Assembly: GCA_041158865.1 (NCBI GenBank)
Contig: JBEBAN010000002.1
Span: forward strand, 2,471 to 66,470
Length of the DNA stretch: 64,000 nucleotides
Origin: Actinomycetota bacterium
Lineage (GTDB): Bacteria > Actinomycetota > Actinomycetes > Actinomycetales > Microbacteriaceae
Direction: 5' to 3'
Made by a program: the position numbers and the translations under genes. Shown here one piece after another: positions 50,608 to 62,292 of the stretch. The notes beneath the pieces are model-generated. The model saw only the letters and a program-made list of their open reading frames with translations, had not been told where the DNA came from and did no database searches. Every line of letters starts with the position of its first letter. Position 1 is the stretch's first letter.

Positions 50608-52026
50608 ATGTTTGTGAAGCCACTTACCTTGGCCGAAAAGGTTTGGAGAGACCACCTGGTCGTCAAAGGCACCGATGGTGCGCCAGACCTGCTCTACATT
50701 GACCTACACCTGCTACACGAGGTAACCAGCCCACAGGCTTTCGACGGACTACGCATGGCCGGACGTCCGGTTCGCCGCCCAGATCTCACTATTGCCACCG
50801 AAGACCACAACACCCCAACCTGGGACATCGACAAGCCGATTGCCGATGTGACCAGCCGCACCCAGATCGAGGCGCTTCGCAAGAACGCTGCCGAGTTTGG
50901 TGTGCGTATTCACTCGCTCGGCGATGTGGAGCAGGGGATCGTCCACGTGGTTGGCCCGCAGCTGGGGCTTACCATGCCAGGTCTTACCGTGGTCTGTGGC
51001 GACTCCCACACTTCCACCCATGGCGCTTTCGGTGCTCTAGCTTTCGGTATCGGAACCTCTGAGGTTGAGCACGTTCTAGCCACCCAGACCCTGCCCCTAA
51101 AGGCTTTCAAGACCATGGCCATCAACGTTGAGGGCACATTGCGCCCGGGCGTTACTGCCAAGGACATCATCCTTGCCGTGATCGCCAAGATCGGAACAGG
51201 TGGCGGCCAGGGTTACGTTCTTGAATACCGCGGTTCGGCAATTCGTGCGCTTTCCATGGAAGCTCGCATGACCATCTGCAACATGTCTATCGAAGCCGGT
51301 GCTCGTGCAGGAATGGTTGCGCCGGATGAAACCACCTTCGCCTACCTAAAGGGTCGTGCTCACGCCCCTGAAGGCGAAGATTGGGACGCCGCGGTTGCCT
51401 ACTGGAAGACCCTGGCAACTGATGAGGGCGCAACCTTTGACGCCGAAGTATTCCTAGACGCAGACACCCTAGACCCATTCGTTACCTGGGGGACCAACCC
51501 GGCTCAGGGTGTATCACTGCTTGACCGAGTGCCAAGCCCTGAAAGCTTTGACGACCCGAACGAGCGCACCGCTGCCCAGCGTGCTCTCGAGTACATGGGT
51601 CTTGAGGCCGGCACCCCGATGAAGGAAATCAAGGTTGACACCGTTTTCCTCGGTTCCTGCACCAACAGCCGCATCGAAGACCTTCGTGCCGCCGCTGCCG
51701 TGGTCAAGGGTCGCAAGAAGGCAGACCACATCCGTTTCATGGTCGTCCCAGGTTCAGCCAAGGTTCGCCTTGAGGCGGAACGCGAAGGGCTTGACCAGAT
51801 CTTCAAAGACTTCGGAGCCGAGTGGCGTTTCGCTGGGTGCTCGATGTGTCTCGGTATGAACCCAGACCAGCTGGCCTCGGGGGAGCGTTCGGCTTCAACC
51901 TCGAACCGTAACTTCGAAGGTCGCCAGGGTAAGGGTGCCAGAACCCACCTGGTTTCGCCTCTGGTTGCTGCTGCCACCGCAGTGCGCGGTACCCTTTCCA
52001 GCCCTGCCGACTTGGAGGCCAACTAA
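50608..52026 (+). CDS. leuC: 3-isopropylmalate dehydratase large subunit
   Basis: [46 protein letters not shown]; start 50608 or 50614 uncertain. Confidence 0.97.
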   Translation: MFVKPLTLAEKVWRDHLVVKGTDGAPDLLYIDLHLLHEVTSPQAFDGLRMAGRPVRRPDLTIATEDHNTPTWDIDKPIADVTSRTQIEALRKNAAEFGVRIHSLGDVEQGIVHVVGPQLGLTMPGLTVVCGDSHTSTHGAFGALAFGIGTSEVEHVLATQTLPLKAFKTMAINVEGTLRPGVTAKDIILAVIAKIGTGGGQGYVLEYRGSAIRALSMEARMTICNMSIEAGARAGMVAPDETTFAYLKGRAHAPEGEDWDAAVAYWKTLATDEGATFDAEVFLDADTLDPFVTWGTNPAQGVSLLDRVPSPESFDDPNERTAAQRALEYMGLEAGTPMKEIKVDTVFLGSCTNSRIEDLRAAAAVVKGRKKADHIRFMVVPGSAKVRLEAEREGLDQIFKDFGAEWRFAGCSMCLGMNPDQLASGERSASTSNRNFEGRQGKGARTHLVSPLVAAATAVRGTLSSPADLEAN

Positions 52027-52628
52027 TGGAAAAGTTTGAAATTTATTCAGGTGTTGCGGTGCCACTTCGCCGCAGTAACGTTGACACCGACCAGATCATC
52101 CCAGCGGTCTACCTAAAGCGCATCACCAAGACCGGCTACGACGACGCACTATTCGCCTCATGGCGCAGCGACTCGGACTTCGTACTGAACCAGCCAGCCT
52201 ATGCTGCCGGTTCGGTGCTGATCGCCGGCCCAGACTTCGGTACCGGTTCGAGCCGTGAGCACGCCGTTTGGGCGCTGCGCGACTACGGATTCAAGGCCGT
52301 CTTCTCGTCGAAGTTTGGCGACATCTTCCGCGGCAACTCGGGTAAGCAGGGTCTGGTCACCGGTGTTATTTCGGACGATGAAATCGAACAGCTCTGGCAG
52401 GCCATCGAGGCTAACCCAGGCGTGGAGGCCAAGGTTGACCTGGTGAACCGCGAGGTCAGCATCGGCAGCCTAACCGTAAAGTTCGACATTGACGAATACA
52501 CTAGGTGGCGTCTACTAGAAGGCTTGGACGACATCGGTCTGACCCTTCGAGATGAGCAGTCGATTAGTGACTTTGAGGCTCGCCGCGAGCCTTGGCGTCC
52601 TAAGACCCTGCCGGTCAAAGGAGCCTAA
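52026..52628 (+). CDS. leuD: 3-isopropylmalate dehydratase small subunit
   Basis: [32 protein letters not shown]. Confidence 0.97.
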   Translation: MEKFEIYSGVAVPLRRSNVDTDQIIPAVYLKRITKTGYDDALFASWRSDSDFVLNQPAYAAGSVLIAGPDFGTGSSREHAVWALRDYGFKAVFSSKFGDIFRGNSGKQGLVTGVISDDEIEQLWQAIEANPGVEAKVDLVNREVSIGSLTVKFDIDEYTRWRLLEGLDDIGLTLRDEQSISDFEARREPWRPKTLPVKGA

Positions 52629-53941
52629 TGAGCCAGATCACGGTACGCGGTGGTAAGCCACTAAAGGGACGCATCGAACTCAAGGGTGCGAAGAACCTGG
52701 TCACCAAGGCCATGGTGGCAGCGCTACTAGGCGACACCCCAAGCGTTCTCAAGGACGTACCTCACATCAGCGACGTCGACGTAGTCAAGGGTCTGCTCGG
52801 CGTCCACGGCGTGAAGATCGACTTCTCCGATGGCGGCGTAATGTCTATGGACCCGAGCAACGTGAAGTCGGCTCGCATGGTCGACATCGACGCTCACGCG
52901 GGTTCATCGCGTATCCCAATCCTTTTCTGTGGTCCGCTACTTCACCAGCTTGGTGAGGCATTCATTCCTGACCTAGGTGGCTGCCACATCGGCGACCGTC
53001 CGATCGACTTCCACCTAGACGTTCTTCGCGAATTCGGTGCTGTAATCGAGAAGCAGCCAAACGGAATTCGTCTGAGCGCTCCAAACGGTCTCAAGGGAAC
53101 CAAGATCAGCCTCCCTTACCCAAGCGTTGGCGCGACCGAGCAGGTTCTGCTCACCGCTACTCGTGCGGAAGGGCTTACCGAACTTTCTGGCGCTGCCATC
53201 GAGCCTGAAATCATTGACCTGATCGCCATCCTTCAGAAGATGGGCGCAATCATCTCGGTTGACACCGACCGCGTGATTCGCATCGAAGGCGTCAAGAGCA
53301 TGCAGGGTTACACCCACCGCGCTCTTTTTGACCGCAACGAGGCCGCCAGCTGGGCTGCCGCGGCACTTGCCACCAAGGGAGACATTTTCGTTGGCGGAGC
53401 GCAGCAGGAAGAGATGATGACCTTCCTAAACGTGTTCCGCAAGGTAGGTGGCGCGTTCGAAATCGAGGACGACGGCATTCGCTTCTACCACCCTGGTGGA
53501 GAGCTAAACCCAGTAGTAATCGAGACCGATGTCCACCCGGGCTTCATGACCGACTGGCAGCAGCCACTCGTAGTTGCACTAACCCAGGCCAAGGGTCTTT
53601 CAATCGTTCACGAGACCGTTTACGAAAACCGTTTCGGTTTCACCGACGCCCTGGTTCAGATGGGCGCACAGATTCAGATCTATCGAGAATGCCTCGGTGG
53701 AAACCCTTGCCGCTTTGGTCAGCGTAACTTCTACCACTCGGCTGTCATCAACGGCCCAGCCAAGCTAACCGGCGCCGACATTCGCGTTCCAGACCTTCGT
53801 GGTGGTTTCAGTCACATGGTTGCAGCGCTCGCGGCTGAAGGGGTTTCGAACGTTACCAACGTTCAGCTGATTTCGCGCGGCTATGAGCACTTCCTAGACA
53901 AACTAAAGACCCTCGGCGCAGACTTCGAGTACAGCGAGTAG
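52628..53941 (+). CDS. murA: UDP-N-acetylglucosamine 1-carboxyvinyltransferase
   Basis: GAKN, LGGCHIGDRPIDFH, PSVGATE, HPGFMTD.Q, RGYE. Confidence 0.95.
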   Translation: MSQITVRGGKPLKGRIELKGAKNLVTKAMVAALLGDTPSVLKDVPHISDVDVVKGLLGVHGVKIDFSDGGVMSMDPSNVKSARMVDIDAHAGSSRIPILFCGPLLHQLGEAFIPDLGGCHIGDRPIDFHLDVLREFGAVIEKQPNGIRLSAPNGLKGTKISLPYPSVGATEQVLLTATRAEGLTELSGAAIEPEIIDLIAILQKMGAIISVDTDRVIRIEGVKSMQGYTHRALFDRNEAASWAAAALATKGDIFVGGAQQEEMMTFLNVFRKVGGAFEIEDDGIRFYHPGGELNPVVIETDVHPGFMTDWQQPLVVALTQAKGLSIVHETVYENRFGFTDALVQMGAQIQIYRECLGGNPCRFGQRNFYHSAVINGPAKLTGADIRVPDLRGGFSHMVAALAAEGVSNVTNVQLISRGYEHFLDKLKTLGADFEYSE

Positions 53942-53945
53942 CCTC

Positions 53946-54737
53946 ATGGCTAAAGACGTCGAATTCAAAATGCCAAAGGTGGTCGAAGCCGACCGTCCAC
54001 TGGCAATGCGTCTCGTAGCCAATATCCTCGGACCGCTCGTTCGCATTCTTTTCCGCGTCGAAGTCACCGGGAAAGAGAAGCTCCCAAAGGACGGCGCCTA
54101 CATCCTCTGCTTCAACCACGTCACGCACCTAGATCCACTAGCGGTTGCCTACGGAACCTATTTCGGCATCAAACGCGGACCACACTTCCTAGCCAAGGGC
54201 GGCCTGTTCAAGGTTCCCGTACTTGGCCCAATTCTGATTGCTGCTGGGCAGGTTCCGGTTTACCGAGGTGGCCGTCGGAATGTAGAGCCGATGGAAGCTG
54301 CCTACAAGTTTCTGGAAGCCGGTCACGTGATCACGATCTTCCCAGAGGGCACATTAACGCGTGAACCAAACGGTTGGCCAATGCGTGGCAAGACTGGCTC
54401 GGTTCGTATGGCCATTGAAGCGGGCGTCCCAATCTTTGCAGTTGGACAGTGGGGTAGTGAGGTAGTACTTCCGACCTATACCAAGGACCTCAAGCCGAAG
54501 CCTTGGCACAAGGTCCGCATTCACATCGGCGACGAGATCAATCTCGACAAATATCGCGGACGCAAACTCTCGACCGAGGAGCTCAAAGAAGCAACAGCAG
54601 TGGTCATGAAGGCCATCACCAAGCAGGTTGAATTCCTGCGTGATGCCAAGGCTCCAGCCAAACTCTATGACCCTGCCGAACACGGCCAGAGTCAATTTGG
54701 AAACTTCAACAAGGAACACAAGAAGGATAAAAAGTAA
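53946..54737 (+). CDS. Lysophospholipid (1-acylglycerol-3-phosphate) acyltransferase
   Basis: NHVTHLD (HxxxxD), IFPEGTLTR. Confidence 0.9.
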   Translation: MAKDVEFKMPKVVEADRPLAMRLVANILGPLVRILFRVEVTGKEKLPKDGAYILCFNHVTHLDPLAVAYGTYFGIKRGPHFLAKGGLFKVPVLGPILIAAGQVPVYRGGRRNVEPMEAAYKFLEAGHVITIFPEGTLTREPNGWPMRGKTGSVRMAIEAGVPIFAVGQWGSEVVLPTYTKDLKPKPWHKVRIHIGDEINLDKYRGRKLSTEELKEATAVVMKAITKQVEFLRDAKAPAKLYDPAEHGQSQFGNFNKEHKKDKK

Positions 54738-55738
54738 TGCCAAAAGTAGCAGTTATGGGTGCCGGTTCTTGGGGTACCACCTTCGCCAAGATTCTCGCCG
54801 ATGCCGGCAACCAGGTGGTCATCTGGGCTCGTCGCGAAGATGTAGTCGAAGAAATCAACACCCAGCACCGTAACGGTGACTACCTACCTGGTATCCGCCT
54901 ACCGAAAGACCTTCTAGCAACCGACAACGCCGCCGAGGCAATGGCCGGAGCCGAGCAGGTCTACCTAGCCGTTCCTTCGCAGACTCTGCGTGCGAACCTT
55001 GCCGACTGGGGAGGCGCGATTCCAGAGAACGCCGTCCTAGTGAGCCTCATGAAGGGCGTTGAGCGGGAAACTGGTCTTCGTATGAGCGAGGTCATCAAAG
55101 AGGTTCTAAACGTATCTGAAGACCGCGTAGTGGTAGTTTCCGGCCCGAACCTGAGCCTCGAAATCGCTCAGTGCCAGCCAACCGCTTCGGTAGCTGCCAG
55201 CACCAATCCTGAGGCCGCTGGAGCAGTGGCGAGCGCCGCCAGCAACGCCTACTTCACCACCTTTACCAATAAAGACGTAATCGGCACCGAGTTTGGTGGA
55301 ATCCTCAAGAACCTCATCGCCGTTGCAATCGGTATCGTCAACGGTGTTGGCTACGGCGAAAACACCAAGGCCTCGATCATGACCCGCGGTCTTGCAGAAA
55401 TCTCACGTTTCGCAAAGGCTCACGGAGCCAAGAAAAAGACCATGGTTGGTCTTGCTGGCCTCGGCGACCTAATTGCAACTTCCGAGTCTCCACTCAGCCG
55501 TAACCACAAGGCTGGTGAAATGCTCGGCAAGGGCTACACCCTTCGCGAAGTGACCAAGCGCCTAAGCCAAACCGCCGAAGGTCTAGCCAGCGTTGCCCCG
55601 GTGCTAAAGCTTGCCGAAGAAAAGGGTGTTCGCATGCCTATCGTTGAGCAGGTGCTTGCCGTAATGGAAGGCCGCATGGAGCCTAAGGACATTGCTCCAG
55701 CGCTTACCCACGAGTCTGACGAGCCAACCAGTGAATAA
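54737..55738 (+). CDS. gpsA: NAD(P)H-dependent glycerol-3-phosphate dehydrogenase
   Basis: GAGSWGT, SGPNL, LKN.IA.A.G, GLAGLGDL, SRN. Confidence 0.96.
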   Translation: MPKVAVMGAGSWGTTFAKILADAGNQVVIWARREDVVEEINTQHRNGDYLPGIRLPKDLLATDNAAEAMAGAEQVYLAVPSQTLRANLADWGGAIPENAVLVSLMKGVERETGLRMSEVIKEVLNVSEDRVVVVSGPNLSLEIAQCQPTASVAASTNPEAAGAVASAASNAYFTTFTNKDVIGTEFGGILKNLIAVAIGIVNGVGYGENTKASIMTRGLAEISRFAKAHGAKKKTMVGLAGLGDLIATSESPLSRNHKAGEMLGKGYTLREVTKRLSQTAEGLASVAPVLKLAEEKGVRMPIVEQVLAVMEGRMEPKDIAPALTHESDEPTSE

Positions 55739-56819
55739 GAAACTCAGAGTAGCGCTAGTCTTTGGTGGTCGCTCGAGCGAGCACTCGATCTCGTGCGTCA
55801 CCGCCGGTGGCGTGCTAGGCGCAATCGACCGCGACAAGTTTGAAGTGGTTCCAGTTGGCATCACCCGAGGTGGCGTCTTCGTTCCTGCGGAAGACAACCC
55901 GCTGAAGTGGACCCTAAACCCAAACGAACTTCCTGAGGTGAACTTCGAAGGCCAAACCATCCAGTGGCCAGCCGCCGGTACCAAGGAACTTCGCTACACC
56001 GACCCTTCAGGCGTTAGTCACAGCCTCGGTGACATCGACGTGGTCTTCCCAGTGCTTCACGGCCCCTACGGTGAAGACGGCACGATTCAGGGTTTCTTCG
56101 AACTAATCGGGATGCCCTACGTTGGCAATGGCGTCCTCGCCTCAGCAGCCGGCATGGACAAGGAATTTACTAAGGCGCTATTCGTAGCAGCCGGTGTTCC
56201 GGTAACCCCTCACGTGGTGATCCGCAAACATGAGTGGGAACAGAACAAGGAAGCCAAACTCAAAGAAGTTGAGGCGCTTGGTGGCCTTCCACTGTTCGTC
56301 AAGCCAGCCCGTGCCGGATCGTCAGTTGGCGTTTCCAAGGTCAAGGAAATGCGTGAGTTCGAGAAGGCCGTCAAAGACGCCTTCGAGCAAGACAACAAAC
56401 TGGTAGTCGAGCACGGCATCGACGGCCGCGAAGTTGAGTGCGCAGTTCTCCAAGGACGAAACGGCTCAGCTCCGCGAGTAAGCCTTGCCGGCGAAATTGT
56501 GGTCACCGGTCGTGAGTTCTACGACTTCGAAGCCAAGTATCTTGACACCGGTGCTGTTGATCTCAAGATTCCAACCGAACTTCCAACAGACCAGCTAAAG
56601 GAAATGCAGGACCTATCGGCTAAGGCTTTCAACGCTCTTGGTTGCGAAGGACTAGCCCGCGTGGACTTCTTCCTCACGAAAGACGGATTCCTTGTGAACG
56701 AGGTAAACACCATGCCTGGCTTCACGCCGGTGTCGATGTTCCCACTGGTTTGGAAAGCTTCGGGAATCGACTACAAGGACCTGATCACAGAGCTGATCGA
56801 GCTTGCTTTAGAACGCTAA
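55731..56819 (+). CDS. ddl: D-alanine--D-alanine ligase
   Basis: FGGRSSEHSIS, LHGPYGEDGTIQG, YDFEAKY, NEVNTMPGFT. Confidence 0.96.
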   Translation: MNKKLRVALVFGGRSSEHSISCVTAGGVLGAIDRDKFEVVPVGITRGGVFVPAEDNPLKWTLNPNELPEVNFEGQTIQWPAAGTKELRYTDPSGVSHSLGDIDVVFPVLHGPYGEDGTIQGFFELIGMPYVGNGVLASAAGMDKEFTKALFVAAGVPVTPHVVIRKHEWEQNKEAKLKEVEALGGLPLFVKPARAGSSVGVSKVKEMREFEKAVKDAFEQDNKLVVEHGIDGREVECAVLQGRNGSAPRVSLAGEIVVTGREFYDFEAKYLDTGAVDLKIPTELPTDQLKEMQDLSAKAFNALGCEGLARVDFFLTKDGFLVNEVNTMPGFTPVSMFPLVWKASGIDYKDLITELIELALER

Positions 56820-57253
56820 CCGCAGCGCACGGTCGATGGCTGGGTAACCACCACTGCTGAAATGGCGTCGATCACGTTCACCCCAACAGCCTTATTGGAA
56901 TCTACGATCACTTCGGTCGCAGGGTTTCTACCAAACGTAATGAATCGGTAGGAAGGCGCCTCGGTCTCGTCAACCAACCAATCAACATCGCCCTGAGTAA
57001 TGCATCGCATGGACGAAGCGGTAGCCTCCGGCAAACCACAGCGCAAGATCACGGCAGTCGGCTCGCCCCAAGCTGCAGTCGACTGCGCATCGGTAACGCG
57101 GCGAGTCAAGCCATCAACCTCATCCGGCAAACGGACCATCACATCAGCACAAGCCAAAGCATTTGATTCCTTAGCAGGTGAAAGATGCACGGTTGGAGCG
57201 CAACCAGCGAGCAGTAGTGGCAAAACAAGTACCGACAGTTTTAGAAACTTCAT
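56816..57253 (-). CDS. DUF3515-like lipoprotein
   Basis: Lipobox LAGC; TAAWGEP.AVILRCG; usual position between ddl and thiL in actinobacteria. Confidence 0.8.
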   Translation of the reverse strand: MKFLKLSVLVLPLLLAGCAPTVHLSPAKESNALACADVMVRLPDEVDGLTRRVTDAQSTAAWGEPTAVILRCGLPEATASSMRCITQGDVDWLVDETEAPSYRFITFGRNPATEVIVDSNKAVGVNVIDAISAVVVTQPSTVRCG

Positions 57254-57276
57254 CAATAACAGGCTACCTTTGGTTT
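57254..57276. promoter_or_regulatory. Putative bidirectional leaderless promoter for the DUF3515 gene and thiL
   Basis: TACCTT (+, 57265-57270) lies 6 nt before the thiL GTG; TAGCCT (-, 57261-57266) lies 7 nt before the lipoprotein ATG. Confidence 0.68.
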
Positions 57277-58242
57277 GTGACCAAACCTGAAACACTGGCC
57301 AGTATCGGCGAAAACGAAGCACTAAAACGCACTGTTTCCCGCCTCAAAAAGGGCCACCACGCCATCGTTGGCTCCGGCGACGACGCAGCGCTGGTTAGAA
57401 CCTCCAACAACCAGTTCGCGGTCACCACCGACACCATGATCGAAGGGCACGACTTCAAGACCGAATGGTCTTCTGCCTACGACCTTGGCTGGAAAGCCGT
57501 TGCCACCAATATCTCCGATGTCGCCGCAATGGGAGCAAACCCAACGGCCCTCGTGGTCGCACTTGCAGTTCCAAAGAGCACCGAAATCTCCTGGCTTGAA
57601 CAGTTCGCAGACGGCCTTCAATCAGCCCTCGATGTGCTCGCACCCGGCACCGAAATCGTAGGCGGAGACCTCGCAGCATCCGAACAAATCGTCATCGCGG
57701 TAACCGCCCACGGCGACCTAGAAGGCCGCGAACCGATCCTTCGAACCGGTGCCAAGCCGGGCGACATCCTTGCAGTCGGAGGGACACTAGGCCAGGCAGC
57801 AGCCGGGCTCAGCCTGCTTCAGAGCGGTAACCACGACGCCATCTCGGCTTACGACAACTGGGTGGATGTTCAAAGAAGACCACACCCACCAATCAAGCTC
57901 GGGATTCTTGCAACCGACGCCACCTCGATGCTCGACGTCTCAGACGGGCTTGCCAAAGACGCTCACCGTATCGCCCGAGCCAGTGGTGTAAAGCTCACCA
58001 TCACCAAGCAAGCACTTGATGGTTACTGCGCCGTGCTCGACGACGTTGCCGGTCGACTCGAGCTGAACTCACTCGACTGGATTCTGTTCGGGGGAGAAGA
58101 CCACAGCTTGCTCGCCACTTTCCCATCCGGCGTAAAGCCACCGCGTGGCTTCAAGCCGATCGGCCTGGTTAGCGAGGGCGAAGGTGTCTATATTGATGAA
58201 AGCCCGCTCCCAGAGCGCGGTTGGGATTCAGCTGTAGGTTAG
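57277..58242 (+). CDS. thiL: Thiamine-monophosphate kinase
   Basis: [44 protein letters not shown]. Confidence 0.94.
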   Translation: MTKPETLASIGENEALKRTVSRLKKGHHAIVGSGDDAALVRTSNNQFAVTTDTMIEGHDFKTEWSSAYDLGWKAVATNISDVAAMGANPTALVVALAVPKSTEISWLEQFADGLQSALDVLAPGTEIVGGDLAASEQIVIAVTAHGDLEGREPILRTGAKPGDILAVGGTLGQAAAGLSLLQSGNHDAISAYDNWVDVQRRPHPPIKLGILATDATSMLDVSDGLAKDAHRIARASGVKLTITKQALDGYCAVLDDVAGRLELNSLDWILFGGEDHSLLATFPSGVKPPRGFKPIGLVSEGEGVYIDESPLPERGWDSAVG

Positions 58243-58742
58243 AGAACTTTCGCGGTAGGCGATACAGCTACCTTGCCGGCAGGCAGGTCCTTCACCACGA
58301 TTGCGCCAGCTCCAACCTTTGCTCCATCGCCGACGGTGATGTTGCCGAGGATGATTGCATTGGCTCCGAGAATTACGTTGTTGCCGATGGTTGGGTGGCG
58401 CTTTACGGCTTTGTTGACTACTCCGCCGAGGGTTACCCCATGGTAGACAAGCACGTCGTCGCCGATGATTGCGGTTTCGCCAATTACGACGCCCATTCCG
58501 TGATCGATTACGAGGCGGCGTCCGATGGTGGCACCCGGGTGGATTTCAATTCCAGTTAGGGTGCGGGCTACATTCGCGAACATTCTGGAGATTGTGCGAA
58601 GCTTCGCCTTCCAAAGAAGGTTAGCGATGCGGTAGTTCCAGACGGCGTGGAGACCAGGGGAAGTGAAGAATAGCTCAAAGCCACTCTTGACGGCTGGGTC
58701 CCGCTCAATTCCCGCTTTTATGTCTTCGAGGAATCGAGCCAC
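58239..58742 (-). CDS. cysE: Serine O-acetyltransferase
   Basis: [39 protein letters not shown]. Confidence 0.94.
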   Translation of the reverse strand: MARFLEDIKAGIERDPAVKSGFELFFTSPGLHAVWNYRIANLLWKAKLRTISRMFANVARTLTGIEIHPGATIGRRLVIDHGMGVVIGETAIIGDDVLVYHGVTLGGVVNKAVKRHPTIGNNVILGANAIILGNITVGDGAKVGAGAIVVKDLPAGKVAVSPTAKVL

Positions 58743-58751
58743 TTGCCATCC

Positions 58752-59684
58752 TTAGTTCTCTTCGAGTAGGTCCTTATAAAGGATAGTCGACAGGTAGCGC
58801 TCGCCGAACGATGGGATGATCACGACGATCTTCTTGCCGGCGAACTCTGGACGCTTCGAGATCTGGTTTGCTCCCCAGATCGCTGCACCAGAGGAGATTC
58901 CGCCGAGGATGCCCTCTTCTGCACCAAGGCGACGAGACCAGGCAACTGCTTCTTCACCAGGGGCGTCTAGAACCTCGTCGTAGACGTTGGTGTCTAATAC
59001 GTCTGGAACGAAGTTGGCGCCGATTCCCTGAATTGGGTGAGGGCCTGGCTGGCCGCCGTTTAGAAGTGGGCTGGCTGCAGGCTCAACTGCGAAAACCTTG
59101 ATGTCTGGGTTCAGGCTCTTTAGGGTCTGACCAACACCGGTGATGGTTCCACCGGTTCCAACACCAGCAACGATTGCGGCAACTTCACCGTTTGTGTCGC
59201 GCCAGATTTCCTGGGCGGTGGTGTTGCGGTGAATCTCTGGGTTGGCTGGGTTAGCGAACTGACGAACGGCTACCGCACCTTCGGTCGCGGCGATTTCCTC
59301 GGCCTTGGCTACTGCACCCTTCATGCCTTCGGCAGCAGGGGTTAGAACTAGGGTTGCTCCGTAAGCGCGAAGTAGCGTGCGACGCTCCTTGGACATTGAG
59401 TCAGGCATGGTCAGGATGACCTTGTAGCCGCGAGCGGCTCCAGCCATAGCTAGTGCGATACCGGTGTTACCCGAGGTTGCCTCAACAATCGAACCGCCAG
59501 GCTTTAGTTCGCCACTGCGTTCTGCTGCGTCAACCATGGCAATACCGATGCGGTCTTTGACCGATGCGCTTGGGTTGTAGAACTCAAGCTTGGCAAGGAT
59601 CTCGGCCTGGCCTTCGTTGATGTGGTTGATGCGTACCAGAGGAGTGTTTCCAACTACCTGGGTGATGTTGTCGTAAATAGCCAT
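58752..59684 (-). CDS. cysK: Cysteine synthase A
   Basis: [29 protein letters not shown]. Confidence 0.96.
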   Translation of the reverse strand: MAIYDNITQVVGNTPLVRINHINEGQAEILAKLEFYNPSASVKDRIGIAMVDAAERSGELKPGGSIVEATSGNTGIALAMAGAARGYKVILTMPDSMSKERRTLLRAYGATLVLTPAAEGMKGAVAKAEEIAATEGAVAVRQFANPANPEIHRNTTAQEIWRDTNGEVAAIVAGVGTGGTITGVGQTLKSLNPDIKVFAVEPAASPLLNGGQPGPHPIQGIGANFVPDVLDTNVYDEVLDAPGEEAVAWSRRLGAEEGILGGISSGAAIWGANQISKRPEFAGKKIVVIIPSFGERYLSTILYKDLLEEN

Positions 59685-59796
59685 GGTCGGTCCTTTCGGG
59701 ATTCTGGTTAAAGACTAGGACGGATTGCTTGCTACAAATACTGAGTTACAAAGTGTTACGAGTCGCAATCTTCGGGCAAAAAGGTAGAGTCAAGGT

Positions 59797-60771
59797 ATGA
59801 ACTATGTTGCACCGCTGCATCCAGATCGAAACCTCGCTATGGAACTGGTTCGCGCCACTGAGGCGGCTGCGATTCGTGCAACCCCTTTCATTGGCAAGGG
59901 CGACAAAAACGCTGCCGATGGCGCTGCTGTGGATGCCATGCGTGCTTTCCTTTCGACCGTAGAGTTCGACGGTCAAATCGTTATTGGTGAGGGCGAAAAA
60001 GACGATGCCCCAATGCTCTTCAACGGCGAGAAGGTTGGAACCGGTCGTGGCCCGCAGTGCGACATCGCGGTTGACCCGGTTGATGGAACTTCGCTCACCG
60101 CAGCTGGGCGTCAGAACGCGATTTCCGTGATTGCGGTTTCCGACAAGGGAACCATGCTCGATGCGTCCTCGGTTTTCTACATGGACAAGCTGGTAGCCGG
60201 GCCTGAGGGCGTTGGTGTAGTGGACATCCGCAAGCCAATTGGTGAGAACATTCGTGCGATTGCCAAGGCCAAGGGGAAGTCGGTCGACGACGTAATCGTT
60301 GCGGTCTTGGATCGCCCTCGTCACGCGCAACTCATTGAAGACATTCGTGCCACTGGGGCAGGTACCCGTTTGCTATTGGACGGCGATGTGGCTGGAGGTA
60401 TTCACGCAGCACGCTACGGGTCGCGCATTGACCTCTGTGTGGGCATTGGAGGCTCTCCGGAGGGAGTTGTGACCACTTGCGCAGTAAAGGGTCTCGGCGG
60501 CATCGTGCAGGGCATTCTGTGGCCTAAGGACGACGAAGAGCGCGCTCGCGGCGAATCGCACGGTTTGAAGTTTGACCACGTTTACGAAATGGACGAGCTG
60601 GTTGCCAGTGACAACACCATTTTCGTGGCGACCGGTGTGACCGACGGTGGTTTACTTGAAGGAGTGCGCCGAAAGGGTCCGATCATAAAGACCCACAGCA
60701 TCGTGATCCGTTCCAAGACCGGAACCATTCGCGAAATCAATTCGGAATACAACGCCAACCGCTGGCAGTAG
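59797..60771 (+). CDS. glpX: Class II fructose-1,6-bisphosphatase
   Basis: DRNLAMELVRATEAAA, IGEGEKD.APML, DIAVDPVDGT. Confidence 0.96.
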   Translation: MNYVAPLHPDRNLAMELVRATEAAAIRATPFIGKGDKNAADGAAVDAMRAFLSTVEFDGQIVIGEGEKDDAPMLFNGEKVGTGRGPQCDIAVDPVDGTSLTAAGRQNAISVIAVSDKGTMLDASSVFYMDKLVAGPEGVGVVDIRKPIGENIRAIAKAKGKSVDDVIVAVLDRPRHAQLIEDIRATGAGTRLLLDGDVAGGIHAARYGSRIDLCVGIGGSPEGVVTTCAVKGLGGIVQGILWPKDDEERARGESHGLKFDHVYEMDELVASDNTIFVATGVTDGGLLEGVRRKGPIIKTHSIVIRSKTGTIREINSEYNANRWQ

Positions 60772-60788
60772 TTACAGGAGAAACACAA

Positions 60789-62279
60789 ATGACTCAGGTA
60801 GTCGGACACTGGATTAATGGCGCCGAAGTTGCTGGGAAGTCTGGCCGCACCGCACCGGTTTATGACCCAGCTCTGGGTGTAGTTTCCAAGCAGGTTGCCC
60901 TTGCCGACCAGAACGAGATTGACCTCGCAATCGCAGCTGCCTCTGCTACATTCCCTGAGTGGCACAACATGGCTCAGGCTCGCAAGCAGGTCATCTTGTT
61001 CAAGTTCCGTGAACTTCTGAACGCTAAGAAAGATGAACTGGCTGCAATCATTACCGCCGAACACGGCAAGGTTCTCTCCGACGCACTGGGCGAAATCACT
61101 CGTGGTCAGGAAGTAGTTGAGTTTGCCTGTGGCATGCCTCACCTGCTCAAGGGTTTCTACACAGAGAACGCTTCGACTGGAGTTGACGTTTACTCAACCC
61201 GCCAGGCCCTTGGCGTGGTTGGAATCATCAGCCCATTCAACTTCCCAGCGATGGTTCCTATGTGGTTCTTCCCTCTGGCAATTGCTGCCGGTAACACCGT
61301 AGTTTTGAAGCCTTCAGAAAAAGATCCAAGCGCAGCCATTTGGATGGCGAAGCTTTGGAAAGAAGCGGGGCTCCCAGACGGCGTATTTAACGTTCTTCAG
61401 GGCGACAAACTTTCTGTTGATGGCCTTCTCGAGAGCCCAGACGTTCAGGCAATCTCGTTTGTGGGTTCAACCCCAATCGCCAAGTACGTCTATGAGCAAG
61501 GCGCCAAACACGGCAAGCGCGTGCAGGCACTCGGTGGAGCCAAGAACCACATGCTCGTGCTTCCAGATGCCGACCTCGATCTAGTGGCAGACTCCGCAAT
61601 TAACGCAGGCTTCGGCTCGGCTGGCGAGCGCTGCATGGCAATCTCTGTTGTCGTTGCAGTTGAGCCGGTTGCCGACCCACTGATCGAGAAGATCGTGGAG
61701 CGCATGAACAAGCTCACGGTTGGCGACGGTCGTCGCTCGTGCGACATGGGTCCGCTGGTTACCCGCGAACACCGCGACAAGGTCGCCTCCTACATCGAAA
61801 TCGCCGAGAACGATGGCGCCAAGGTCGTCGTTGACGGTCGTGGCATCAAGGTAGATGGTGACGAAAACGGTTTCTGGCTTGGCCCAACCCTGATCGACCA
61901 GGTTCCAACTTCGTCCAAGGTTTACACCGAGGAAATCTTCGGCCCAGTGCTGTCGATTGTGCGCGTGAAGTCTTACGAAGAAGGTGTTGAGCTAATCAAC
62001 AATGGAGCCTTCGGAAACGGAACCGCAATCTTCACCAATGACGGCGGCGCCGCTCGTCGTTTCCAGAACGAGATCCAGGTTGGAATGATCGGCATCAACG
62101 TACCAATTCCAGTGCCAGTTGCCTACTACTCGTTCGGTGGTTGGAAAAACTCCGCATTCGGCGACACCAAGGCACACGGCGTTGAGGGAGTTCACTTCTT
62201 CACCCGAGGCAAGGCAATCACCAGCCGGTGGCTAGACCCTAGTCACGGTGGAATTAACCTGGGTTTCCCGCAGAACTAG
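60789..62279 (+). CDS. mmsA: CoA-acylating methylmalonate-semialdehyde dehydrogenase
   Basis: PFNFPAMVP, KPSE.DP, GGAKNH, GSAGERCMA, GINVPIPVP. Confidence 0.94.
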   Translation: MTQVVGHWINGAEVAGKSGRTAPVYDPALGVVSKQVALADQNEIDLAIAAASATFPEWHNMAQARKQVILFKFRELLNAKKDELAAIITAEHGKVLSDALGEITRGQEVVEFACGMPHLLKGFYTENASTGVDVYSTRQALGVVGIISPFNFPAMVPMWFFPLAIAAGNTVVLKPSEKDPSAAIWMAKLWKEAGLPDGVFNVLQGDKLSVDGLLESPDVQAISFVGSTPIAKYVYEQGAKHGKRVQALGGAKNHMLVLPDADLDLVADSAINAGFGSAGERCMAISVVVAVEPVADPLIEKIVERMNKLTVGDGRRSCDMGPLVTREHRDKVASYIEIAENDGAKVVVDGRGIKVDGDENGFWLGPTLIDQVPTSSKVYTEEIFGPVLSIVRVKSYEEGVELINNGAFGNGTAIFTNDGGAARRFQNEIQVGMIGINVPIPVPVAYYSFGGWKNSAFGDTKAHGVEGVHFFTRGKAITSRWLDPSHGGINLGFPQN

Positions 62280-62292
62280 TGTCGGAAATTAG

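Noticed and set aside
52628-53941. Fosfomycin-resistant Cys-to-Asp MurA variant
   Set aside because: The active-site Cys is present (GGCHIG)
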